From an uncultured bacterium (lineage in GTDB: Bacteria > Babelota > Babeliae > Babelales > Vermiphilaceae): a DNA stretch of 64,000 nt. Positions 37,044 through 45,673 of the stretch are shown piece after piece (position 1 is the first letter of the stretch; each line of letters begins with the position of its first letter). The position numbers were made by a program, and so were the translations under genes. The DNA is taken from the NCBI GenBank assembly GCA_963788045.1, contig CAWBEW010000002.1:118596-182595 (forward strand). The letters run 5' to 3'. The notes below the pieces were generated by a model. It saw only the letters and a list, made by a program, of their open reading frames with translations, made no database searches and was not told the DNA's origin.

Positions 37044-37748
37044 TTAGGATAGGGTAATTAAATTTTTATTGAGTAACGTTTGCTGAATATCAGTTGGCTG
37101 CGCATTAAATATATCTTTTAAATGCGCGGTATTTAGTGGTAACGGCTTTTTTAATGTTTCTTGATAAAAATCGATGAGCACAAAAAAAGCACGCCTTGAA
37201 TCTGCTGTTGAAGAATCATAAAGACCGAAATAATTTGACGAAATTCCACTGTTATTAAGCTCCTTGTTCAAATATTTATTAGCGAGCGTATCATATCGTC
37301 CATTCCAATTTAGATACTTGTGAGCAATAAATTCTTTCATGACCTCATCGGGCATTTCAGCTAATTTTTGTAACTGAGGATTTTTAATCATTTTGTATTT
37401 GAGCAAATTAGAAATTCGCTTTTCTTGCAGTAGTTGAGCATAAAAGCTTACTAAGCGAAATGTCTGCTCATCTAATGCATCGATAAAAGTAAATAACCGG
37501 GCATCAGTTTTGGCTGCCAGCACCATCATGAATGCAAAACCTTTTGAATCAATGGGCAGTTTAAGAGCTTCTTCAGGCGAACGCTTTCCAAATTCGATCA
37601 TTACCGCGTTACTTTTTAACACATTGAGGAGCTCTTGATCTTCATATTCAATTATTCTATCAGTACATTGCACTTTAATAGGCTTGGCGCAAAGCGGCAG
37701 GCAAAGCCCAGTAAGTGAGACCGCAAAAAATGTTTTAATCAAATTCAT
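37044..37748 (-). CDS. secreted Skp1/BTB-like protein (paralog 2)
   Basis: Signal MNLIKTFFAVSLTGLCLPLCA. IKVQCTDRIIEYEDQELL, LKLPIDSKGFAFMMVL and LDEQTFRLVSFYAQLLQEKRISNLL align by eye with Skp1. C-terminus shared with 37762-38481. Confidence 0.5.
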   Translation of the reverse strand: MNLIKTFFAVSLTGLCLPLCAKPIKVQCTDRIIEYEDQELLNVLKSNAVMIEFGKRSPEEALKLPIDSKGFAFMMVLAAKTDARLFTFIDALDEQTFRLVSFYAQLLQEKRISNLLKYKMIKNPQLQKLAEMPDEVMKEFIAHKYLNWNGRYDTLANKYLNKELNNSGISSNYFGLYDSSTADSRRAFFVLIDFYQETLKKPLPLNTAHLKDIFNAQPTDIQQTLLNKNLITLS

Positions 37749-37761
37749 AAAAAACCTCTAT

Positions 37762-38481
37762 TTAGGGAATAATAACCAATTGCTTTTTGAGCAATTCATT
37801 TTGAAGAGCCAAATCAAAACTGTTAAAAACATCTTTTAAATGCTGAGTAGTAAGCCTTAAGGGCTTTTTGATCACGCGTTGATAGAAATCGATCAATACA
37901 AAAAAAGCACGCGTATCATTGCCAGCGGCACCGGTTGGTATTTTCATAAATCCGGCAAACTCTAGCACATATTTCTCAAAAAGATCTACCAACTTCCATT
38001 TACCCGCATCAGAGCCTACCCCCTCAATGAATTGGAAGGTGGTATATTTTGAGTCTACAAAATCGGTAATGGCTTGGTTGCCCTGAGGGCTATATTCTTT
38101 TACATATTTATATTTAAAGAGCAGATCGATCTCATGATACACCCGCAAATATTTTGCATAGTAATCAAATATTCTAAATTCATCCGGATTTAATGAATCG
38201 ATAAATGCAAAAACTTTAGCATCGCTTAATTTGGATAGTTTTATAAATAAGTTAAGAGATCGAGTATCAATACCAGTAAGTGAAAATTCCGTAGTTTCAT
38301 ACTGCGAATTCATCTGATACATAGGGTTGATCAGAGTATCTTGAGTAATCCTGAGGCACTTAGATCCACGCAAATCGGCCATTTCAAATTGAGCCTGGCC
38401 GTCAGAGCATGTTACCGTGACCATTTGTGCATTCGCAAAGGAAAAAGAGGCAAGCAAAAGCGGTAGAAATAATCGAATCAT
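37762..38481 (-). CDS. secreted Skp1/BTB-like protein (paralog 1)
   Basis: GAGGA SD. MIRLFLPLLLASFSFANA signal. VTVTCSDGQAQFEMADL, LNPDEFRIFDYYAKYLRVYHEIDLL. C-terminal RAFFVLIDFYQRVIKKPLRL. Confidence 0.5.
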   Translation of the reverse strand: MIRLFLPLLLASFSFANAQMVTVTCSDGQAQFEMADLRGSKCLRITQDTLINPMYQMNSQYETTEFSLTGIDTRSLNLFIKLSKLSDAKVFAFIDSLNPDEFRIFDYYAKYLRVYHEIDLLFKYKYVKEYSPQGNQAITDFVDSKYTTFQFIEGVGSDAGKWKLVDLFEKYVLEFAGFMKIPTGAAGNDTRAFFVLIDFYQRVIKKPLRLTTQHLKDVFNSFDLALQNELLKKQLVIIP

Positions 38482-38513
38482 GTAATCCTCACATTTTGAG
38501 AAACTTTTTCTAT

Positions 38514-38601
38514 GGTTCGATACGATTGCTGAGGCAATCACTCACCATGTGTGTGCTATCTACACATCCTGAGTGCGAGCAAGGCGAGCGTATCGAAGGA
38601 T
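38514..38601. repeat. composite repeat, module A plus module B
   Basis: GGTTCGATACGATTGCTGAGGCAATCACTCACCATGTGTG ... CACATCCTGAGTGCGAGCAAGGCGAGCGTATCGAAGGAT. Confidence 0.8.
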
Positions 38602-38847
38602 TCTCTATACCATGAGAATACCAAATTAATAATTATAATCAAATTTAGTATTTTTATTTTTTATATTAATTTTTAATAGAAAATATTATTCACCTTTATT
38701 TGCCAGATAAAGGGGGAGAAAAGGGCCAAAATACACGAGATTCAGGCGCCTTTATTTATAATATTGCCTATTTGAATATTTTTATAGTAGGCTAACAATT
38801 AAAGAGCATAATGCTCTGGCAATGCCTATAAAAAGAAGGATTTTTAT

Positions 38848-39630
38848 ATGAACTATTACTCAAGAATTTCACTTTTTCTGCTTATACTAGCGGGATTTAT
38901 CCCTGCTGTTACTCGGGCGATGATCCCAGCAGCAACTCCTATTGCCATTCGGGTGATAAATCAAAGAAAACAGACTGATTATGCAGTACGCTACGGGCTT
39001 GACGAGACTTTTGCCCTGGCGGCTGGCCAAACGATCGTTATTAATGATTCTCTGAGAAATCAAGGCAGATATAACTCACCGACAAGCAAAGACTTATTCT
39101 TGCTTGAAAGTGATAAATTGAAAAACTATTTAGGAATTTTTGTTTTAAATGGCTCTGAATTGCAATATATGGGGTTCGATGATAAAAAAGGAAGAACAAC
39201 AATCGCTCTACCTGCCGGCGCCAGACCTATAGGCACCATCACCATCTATGATGCTCCTCGAGGAATTGGATACAATTATACGGTTAATCTTGCCCTTCAG
39301 GAAGAACCAGTCGCTTCGCGCCGTCCCTTACCTCCATTACCCATAAAAGGTGCCGAAAGCCAAGAAGAATTACTTAAAGAAGACGCAGAATATGATTTGT
39401 TAAAGACACAAATAGAAGCAGCAGAGAAAAACCTTAAAGAACTACAAATAGCAAAAAATCGCGCAATACCTGTTGGCGTTCTAAAAATGACTGATGAGCA
39501 AACAAAAAAATATAATGCAGCAAGCGCAGCACTTGAAAAGAAATATGAAGAATTAGCAGCATTAACCAAGCGGTTAAAGAGCATACAAGAAAAAAGAGTA
39601 CAGCGGGCTAAATTATCTAATAATCATTGA
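38848..39630 (+). CDS. secreted hypothetical protein with C-terminal coiled coil
   Basis: MNYYSRISLFLLILAGFIPAVTRA signal. Proline linker RRPLPPLP. Glu/Lys-rich helical tail. Confidence 0.55.
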   Translation: MNYYSRISLFLLILAGFIPAVTRAMIPAATPIAIRVINQRKQTDYAVRYGLDETFALAAGQTIVINDSLRNQGRYNSPTSKDLFLLESDKLKNYLGIFVLNGSELQYMGFDDKKGRTTIALPAGARPIGTITIYDAPRGIGYNYTVNLALQEEPVASRRPLPPLPIKGAESQEELLKEDAEYDLLKTQIEAAEKNLKELQIAKNRAIPVGVLKMTDEQTKKYNAASAALEKKYEELAALTKRLKSIQEKRVQRAKLSNNH

Positions 39631-39915
39631 ATGCATGCCCACCAGGAAAGAAGCAACTCTACCGTAATTAGGATAGAAGAACATGACTGATAATCGGAGC
39701 AGAATTTACGAGGCACAAAACAGTCTATTATCTTCCATTTTATGCGCATCCTTTAGGTTTTTCTTAAGTTTTTGAATATCGGGACTGGCGCTCGTAATTG
39801 AGTGCCATTTTTAATTTATATCGATGATACGCCTTAATTCTGCAGCGTTTTATTTATAATTCTTCATTTGCACATCTATATTCAGTATTATTTTCATAAC
39901 TGATACAAAAAAGGA

Positions 39916-42480
39916 ATGGGTATGCCTGAAGAGAAAAATCTCAAACGTGCGCCAGAAGGCACATTTATACAATATGCTGCACAATCTATACAACAAACCG
40001 CTTCAGAATTTAAAACAGATCTTACGAATGGATTAACTACTGCGCAAGCAACTCAAGCGCACAAAGAATTTGGGCCGAATACTATTACCGGGCACGAAGT
40101 TACTGCATGGCATATTTTTTTTAATCAGATTAAGTCTCCGTTTATTTATTTGTTGCTTATCATCGCGCTCATAAATTTCATTCTAGGAGAATCGCTTGAT
40201 GGTCTTATGATTCTGTTTTTGGTTGCCATCAACACTATTTTTAGTTTTTTTCAAGAATACCGCTCTCACCATTCACTCCAGCTGCTTCAAAAATATATTG
40301 TAGACACCATTCGCATTATTCGCGATGGCAAAGAGGTTGAAGTTACTACTGATCAGCTGGTTCCAGGAGATATTATTAAATTATATCCGGGTGATAAAAT
40401 TCCGGCCGATGTGCGTTTAACCAGCACTGAAAATCTCACCATCGATGAATCAATCTTAACCGGTGAATCTGCGCCAGTACAAAAAGATGCCAAACCAATT
40501 GAAAATAAAAATATCACCATCTTTAACGCTTCTAATATCGGGTTTAGTGGAACTACCATTTTGAATGGCAGAGGAATTGGAATTGTTTTTGCAACCGGAA
40601 ATAGTTCACATTTTGGCTCAATCGCTACGAGCGCAAAAGATGCCCCTAAATTAAGCAGCTTCACCAAAGGCATTGCTCAATTTAGCCGCTTCATTCTTTA
40701 TTTGGTGGTGATCACCGTTGCATGCGTTTTTATTGCGCATCTTCTTTTGAATCCCCAAAAATTTGATGCGATTAGTTTACTTATTTTCTCTATGGCCTTA
40801 GGAGTTTCTATTATTCCAGAAGCATTGCCCATTGTTATCACCGCCTCACTTTCTCGCGGTGCTTTGCACCTTGCAAAACATAAGCTCGTTGCAAAGCGGC
40901 TTTCTGCCATAGAAGATCTGGGCAGCATGGAAATATTATGCACTGATAAAACCGGTACCATCACGCAAAACTCATTATCCTTGGCCGCAATCAAATCATC
41001 TAATGAACGCCAAACTCTTATCTATGGATTATTAGCATCAGGACTTCCGGTTAGCGCACTTGCAAAAGATCAAGGATTTAATGGGCCAATTTGGCAAAAA
41101 CTCACGCTGCCAGAACGCGCATCACTTGAACACTATACCGTTGTGGCAGAACATCCTTTTGACCCTCTCTTGCGCTATTCATCGGTGCTTGCCAAGAACG
41201 ATGACCAGTATATTCTTTTACTTCGCGGGAACGTTCAAGAAGTAATTAATCGTTGCGCCAATCTGGACGCCGCGCACAAAGAAGAAATAACCGCATGGAG
41301 CTCAAAAGAAGGATCCTTAGGACGCCGAGTGCTTGCTTTTGCAAAAAAAGAATTGGCAAAACCTTTGACCACAATTACTCAAAATGATGAAACAGATTTA
41401 GAATATCTTGGATTAATTTCTTATGAGGATCCTCTCAAGCCAACCGCTCTTGATGCACTTACACGCGCACATAATTTAGGTGTTGAGGTTAAAATTATTA
41501 GTGGTGATACTCAAGAAGTAAATTATGCAATTGCTAAAAGCATTAATCTCGTAACAAATAAAGATCAAATGATCAGCGGCGAAGAACTCGCTCAAAAAAA
41601 TGATGCCGATAAAGAAAAGGCCATTGAACAGTGCACCGTGTTTGCTCATATTGTTCCGAATCAAAAAGTCCAGATCATCCAAACATTAGAAGAAAAATAT
41701 GATGTTGGATATTTGGGCGATGGAATTAATGACGCGCCGGCATTAAAAATCGCGCACGTTTCAATGGCGGTTGATACCGCAGCCGATATCGCCCGCGATG
41801 TTGCTGATATTATTTTGTTGCATAAAAGCTTACGCGTTATTGTTAACGGTATTCATGAAGGTCGCATTATTGTTGCCAACATGGTTAAATATATTAAATC
41901 AACACTTGCCCCGAATTTTGGCCATTTTTATTCATTGGCAATTGCATCACTTTTAATAGATTTTTTACCGATGCTTCCGGTGCAACTATTACTGGTAAGC
42001 TTGATTACTGATTTTCCACTCATTGCAATTTCGACTGATACCGTCAGCTTTGCCGATATTAATAAGCCTCAAAAATATGACTTTAAAGATATTGCCTTGG
42101 TTACTATGATTCTTGGCCTGGTAGTAATGGTTGCAGATTTTATTATCTTCAGCCTTTTTTACCGTGCGCAACCGGCGATATTGCAAACCAATTGGTTTGT
42201 TACCAGTGTGTTGGTTGAAATAAGTTTCTTTTACTCAATCCGCACCACACTTCCTTTTTATAAAGCACCACGACCATCCTGGATTGTGGCATCACTCTCA
42301 GCCATGGTTGCCATCATTACTCTTGCATTGCCATTCACTGCATTTGGGCAAAAGTTTCTCCATTTTACACCGCTCTCGGCAAACAATTTGCTTTTGATTG
42401 GAATAATCGTAGCGTGCTATTTTATTATTACTGATCTTGTTAAAGTACTTTTTTATAGAATATACAAATCCAATGGTTAA
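39916..42480 (+). CDS. cation-transporting P-type ATPase (MgtA-like)
   Basis: 854 aa. TGES, ICTDKTGTITQN phosphorylation motif, GDGINDAPALK hinge motif, about 10 TM segments. Confidence 0.85.
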   Translation: MGMPEEKNLKRAPEGTFIQYAAQSIQQTASEFKTDLTNGLTTAQATQAHKEFGPNTITGHEVTAWHIFFNQIKSPFIYLLLIIALINFILGESLDGLMILFLVAINTIFSFFQEYRSHHSLQLLQKYIVDTIRIIRDGKEVEVTTDQLVPGDIIKLYPGDKIPADVRLTSTENLTIDESILTGESAPVQKDAKPIENKNITIFNASNIGFSGTTILNGRGIGIVFATGNSSHFGSIATSAKDAPKLSSFTKGIAQFSRFILYLVVITVACVFIAHLLLNPQKFDAISLLIFSMALGVSIIPEALPIVITASLSRGALHLAKHKLVAKRLSAIEDLGSMEILCTDKTGTITQNSLSLAAIKSSNERQTLIYGLLASGLPVSALAKDQGFNGPIWQKLTLPERASLEHYTVVAEHPFDPLLRYSSVLAKNDDQYILLLRGNVQEVINRCANLDAAHKEEITAWSSKEGSLGRRVLAFAKKELAKPLTTITQNDETDLEYLGLISYEDPLKPTALDALTRAHNLGVEVKIISGDTQEVNYAIAKSINLVTNKDQMISGEELAQKNDADKEKAIEQCTVFAHIVPNQKVQIIQTLEEKYDVGYLGDGINDAPALKIAHVSMAVDTAADIARDVADIILLHKSLRVIVNGIHEGRIIVANMVKYIKSTLAPNFGHFYSLAIASLLIDFLPMLPVQLLLVSLITDFPLIAISTDTVSFADINKPQKYDFKDIALVTMILGLVVMVADFIIFSLFYRAQPAILQTNWFVTSVLVEISFFYSIRTTLPFYKAPRPSWIVASLSAMVAIITLALPFTAFGQKFLHFTPLSANNLLLIGIIVACYFIITDLVKVLFYRIYKSNG

Positions 42481-42495
42481 TTTGCCTCTAATTTC

Positions 42496-42520
42496 AACTA
42501 TCGACAAATTGTCGATAGTT
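42496..42520. promoter_or_regulatory. 25-nt palindrome P1 (AACTATCGACAAATTGTCGATAGTT)
   Basis: Near-perfect inverted repeat 16 nt after the ATPase stop. Its core TCGACAAATTGTCGA recurs exactly 240 bp downstream. Confidence 0.6.
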
Positions 42521-42535
42521 CAAGTCTTCAACAAT

Positions 42536-42706
42536 CTATTTTCCCATAAACATTCGCGCTATACCAATGCTAAAAGGGAGAACTAAAATTCCAATCAGCA
42601 TCAAATTCCAAGGAAATGAAAATTTTGCCAAAATAAAGCCAACGATAATGATCGAAAAAATTCCATCAAAAAGCTCGATAAGAATATTTGTGTAATTTAA
42701 AAACAT
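42536..42706 (-). CDS. small two-helix membrane protein (56 aa), not in the ORF track
   Basis: MFLNYTNILIELFDGIFSIIIVGFILAKFSFPWNLMLIGILVLPFSIGIARMFMGK. Bracketed by palindromes P1 and P2. Weak SD. Confidence 0.4.
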   Translation of the reverse strand: MFLNYTNILIELFDGIFSIIIVGFILAKFSFPWNLMLIGILVLPFSIGIARMFMGK

Positions 42707-42735
42707 GATATTTCCAGCCTGAAGCTTCTTTATTC

Positions 42736-42760
42736 AGTTGTCGACAAATTGTCGACAACT
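42736..42760. promoter_or_regulatory. 25-nt palindrome P2 (AGTTGTCGACAAATTGTCGACAACT)
   Basis: Near-perfect inverted repeat 60 nt upstream of the arfB ATG. Same 15-nt core as P1. Confidence 0.6.
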
Positions 42761-42820
42761 CTCAATTACCTCACAAAACCCTTTTATTTCAAAGCTCAAC
42801 TCAGATATCATATTATTACT

Positions 42821-43258
42821 ATGAATATAAAAAACGATGTATCAGTTAAAAATGGAATCATTATTCCCGAACATGAGCTTGAGATCACCTCAAGCAGATC
42901 CGGCGGCGCCGGCGGGCAGCATGTTAATAAAACAAGCACCAAAATTACGGTCCGCTGGAATGTAAAAAATACCAACGCACTCAATGATGATCAAAAACAG
43001 CGAGTACTAGAAAAGCTGTCCTCTCAATTAACCGCAGAAGGCGATCTCATTATTCACAGCAGCGCAACCAGAAGCCAAGAACAAAATAGAAAAATGGCAC
43101 TCGTGCGCCTCGCGCAGATCATAAGTAAAGCATTACATGTCCCCAAAAAACGAATGGCAACCCGCGTATCACAAGGGGCCAAAGCGGCACGCTTAGAAGA
43201 GAAATCTCATCGTGGGATGATTAAAAAATTGCGCACTAAAAAGTTTTTTGAAGAGTAG
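42821..43258 (+). CDS. arfB: alternative ribosome-rescue factor ArfB (peptidyl-tRNA hydrolase, GGQ)
   Basis: IPEHELEITSSRSGGAGGQHVNKTSTKITVRW and a basic C-terminal tail. Start placed at MNIKND; the ORF-track TTG start lies inside palindrome P2. Confidence 0.85.
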   Translation: MNIKNDVSVKNGIIIPEHELEITSSRSGGAGGQHVNKTSTKITVRWNVKNTNALNDDQKQRVLEKLSSQLTAEGDLIIHSSATRSQEQNRKMALVRLAQIISKALHVPKKRMATRVSQGAKAARLEEKSHRGMIKKLRTKKFFEE

Positions 43259-43298
43259 AAAAACTATCATAGAAATCCTTTAGGAAAGGAAGATTCTC

Positions 43299-44138
43299 AT
43301 GAAGCATAGCATTCTTATGTTTGCGTTTTTAGTGTCACCATTACTAGCAGATGGCCCAGGGGATAGCAAAGATGCTGCCCTAAAATATTTACGCAGTTAC
43401 AGTGGCTTTAGAACATTTTTATTATCATACCCGCGCTCAGGAAACACCTGGCTTAGGTATATATGCGAAAGAACTACCCATTGTCCAACCTTTATGAAAG
43501 CAGGACTGGGCAAGAGAATAGATCAACCACTGGCATGGAGTTGCGGTTTTGATGATCTTGATTGGAGCAAGCCTCCTATTGAAAAAGCACATTTGCGCAG
43601 AGAGCTCAACGGCAGTAATAGTGCTCCTGGCAATAAGCTGATCGTACTCATACGAAATCCAAAAGAAGCACTCATGAGAACTCAACACAAACTTATTACT
43701 ATGGATATTCTTTTAGGCAAAGAAAAGGGATACGTTAAAGGTTCCGATTACTTTGACGCCATAAGCGTGTATGACTCTTGGGATGCGGATAAACGGCTCT
43801 TGGTCTATTATGAAAATTTACTCACCAATCCTGGCCCAGAGATAGCTCGCATTCTTAATTTTTTAAATGAGCCGCTCACCGCGCTGGACGATTTTATGAG
43901 AGACTATCAAAAACATAAAAAAATATGTTTGGATCTTTATAAAGATGGAGAATCAAAAGGCGAAGACCTTTTGTTTCATTCCAAAAAAACATATCCGGCA
44001 TATCGCCTTTTAGTTGACCAATGGATCGAACAGCTGTATCCGGTCTGGTGGAATAAATACCTCAAGCAATATTATGCAGAAGAAGTTCTTAATTATGAAG
44101 ACTCAAGGATCGTTACAATCGATTGGGAAAATGAGTAG
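43299..44138 (+). CDS. secreted sulfotransferase (paralog 1)
   Basis: Signal MKHSILMFAFLVSPLLA. LLSYPRSGNTWLRY (5'-PSB loop like PKSGTTW) and VLIRNPKEALMR (3'-PB like RNPKD). Confidence 0.7.
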   Translation: MKHSILMFAFLVSPLLADGPGDSKDAALKYLRSYSGFRTFLLSYPRSGNTWLRYICERTTHCPTFMKAGLGKRIDQPLAWSCGFDDLDWSKPPIEKAHLRRELNGSNSAPGNKLIVLIRNPKEALMRTQHKLITMDILLGKEKGYVKGSDYFDAISVYDSWDADKRLLVYYENLLTNPGPEIARILNFLNEPLTALDDFMRDYQKHKKICLDLYKDGESKGEDLLFHSKKTYPAYRLLVDQWIEQLYPVWWNKYLKQYYAEEVLNYEDSRIVTIDWENE

Positions 44139-44252
44139 GAGGTATTTCTTTTATTTTCTAAAAAAAATTGTTATGTTGTCTGACAATTCGAATGAAGCCC
44201 TGAGAGAAGTAGTTGCAGCATTGGTTAAACAATTAATCCCTGAGAGGGTCTT

Positions 44253-44765
44253 ATGATCTGGAAGCCTAAATTGCTACTGATTTGTTTATTTCTTTCTCCG
44301 CTTATGAACGGTCAAGATAGAAATAAACAAATCCAAGAATTGAAGGACTGTCGCTTAAAGAAAATGCAAGCTTTATCAAATTTAGGAAAGAAAATTGTTA
44401 AAAAAGATCAACTTTTACGGTCAATTCCACAGACAATGGATATGCTCACTGATCAATCTGGATTAAATATAAATCTGCACAACGAAAAATCTGAAGAATT
44501 TAGAAACGCAACACGTAACATGATTGAAATATTAGCAAAAACTTTAGAAGAAAAAATTTTTGCTAAGAGAAATGTTAAACATTTTCTGGTTAAAGAACTT
44601 CTTACACGTAACAATGATCGACAGAATTTTGAAACATTAAAGTTTTTTGCCGTCAGATACATTTTTGAAGAATCACATTTAAAAGCGCTGGTTGAACAAT
44701 ATGAAGAAGACCAGCAAGAACTAATAGAAATTGAAGAAAGATTAGCTGAGCTACAAAAACAATAG
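44253..44765 (+). CDS. secreted coiled-coil hypothetical protein
   Basis: Signal-like MIWKPKLLLICLFLSPLMNG. The remainder is helical and charged. Confidence 0.5.
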   Translation: MIWKPKLLLICLFLSPLMNGQDRNKQIQELKDCRLKKMQALSNLGKKIVKKDQLLRSIPQTMDMLTDQSGLNINLHNEKSEEFRNATRNMIEILAKTLEEKIFAKRNVKHFLVKELLTRNNDRQNFETLKFFAVRYIFEESHLKALVEQYEEDQQELIEIEERLAELQKQ

Positions 44766-44838
44766 CCAACTCTTGCAGTACAAATACTTTTATCATTAAT
44801 ATCATGAAAAAGTGACCCACTAAAAAAGGTGTTTTTTG

Positions 44839-45654
44839 ATGAAAGAACGCAAAACGTTCAAAAAGTACGACTTCTTATTTTTGCTTCTTGTTGCATCATC
44901 GGTAAGATGCCAATCTAAAGATCAGATGATTGAGTATCTGCGCATGTATAATGGTCCCCATACTTTCCTATTATCATATCCCCGCTCGGGAAACACCTGG
45001 TTACGCTATTGTTTAGAATATCTTACTCATTGCCCGAGTTTTATGAGAACAATGCTCAAAAATATGAGAGATCAGCCGCTTGCCTGGAGTGTTGGATTTG
45101 AAATTGATATGGCCAAGCCGCCCATTGAAAAGATTCATATTCGCACGCAATTAAATGATGCGAACACCCATTCGGATAATAAACTCATTCTTATTATTCG
45201 TAATCCAAAAGAAGCGATTACCAGAAATGAGCACAATCTTATTACGTTAGAAATTTTGCAGGGCAAAGAAAGTGTCTCACTGTATAATAGAGCACCCAAT
45301 TATTTTGATAACATTGCCATTTATGATGAATGGGATGCAAGCAAACGGCTCTTAGTATATTATGAAGATCTTTTAACAAAACCACGAAAAACATTGATTC
45401 GCATTCTGGAATTTTTGGACGAGCCGACCTCCGGCGTTCATGATTTTATGAAAACGTATAAAAAACATCAAAAAAAGTGCCTTCATGCGTATAAAGAAGG
45501 CGAATCAAATGGCGATCTTCTTTTTCATTCTAAAAATACCCCACCCGAATATCGCCGACTCATTGATGAATGGATCGAACAATTTTATCCAAAAATATGG
45601 AAAAAATATTTAAGGCATCGGTATTCAGAGAACGTACTTAACTATACGCCATGA
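44839..45654 (+). CDS. secreted sulfotransferase (paralog 2)
   Basis: LLSYPRSGNTWLRYCLEY and LIIRNPKEAITR. Collinear with 43299-44138 through to the C-terminus (DEWIEQFYP / DQWIEQLYP). Confidence 0.7.
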   Translation: MKERKTFKKYDFLFLLLVASSVRCQSKDQMIEYLRMYNGPHTFLLSYPRSGNTWLRYCLEYLTHCPSFMRTMLKNMRDQPLAWSVGFEIDMAKPPIEKIHIRTQLNDANTHSDNKLILIIRNPKEAITRNEHNLITLEILQGKESVSLYNRAPNYFDNIAIYDEWDASKRLLVYYEDLLTKPRKTLIRILEFLDEPTSGVHDFMKTYKKHQKKCLHAYKEGESNGDLLFHSKNTPPEYRRLIDEWIEQFYPKIWKKYLRHRYSENVLNYTP

Positions 45655-45673
45655 GATCATGCGCCAAGTGAAC

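Noticed and set aside
39631-39915. Possible Mg2+ riboswitch (M-box) upstream of the MgtA-like ATPase, and similarly upstream of mgtE (60777-60957)
   Set aside because: I could not recognise conserved M-box sequence blocks or a convincing multi-helix fold by eye. This needs a covariance-model scan before any claim.
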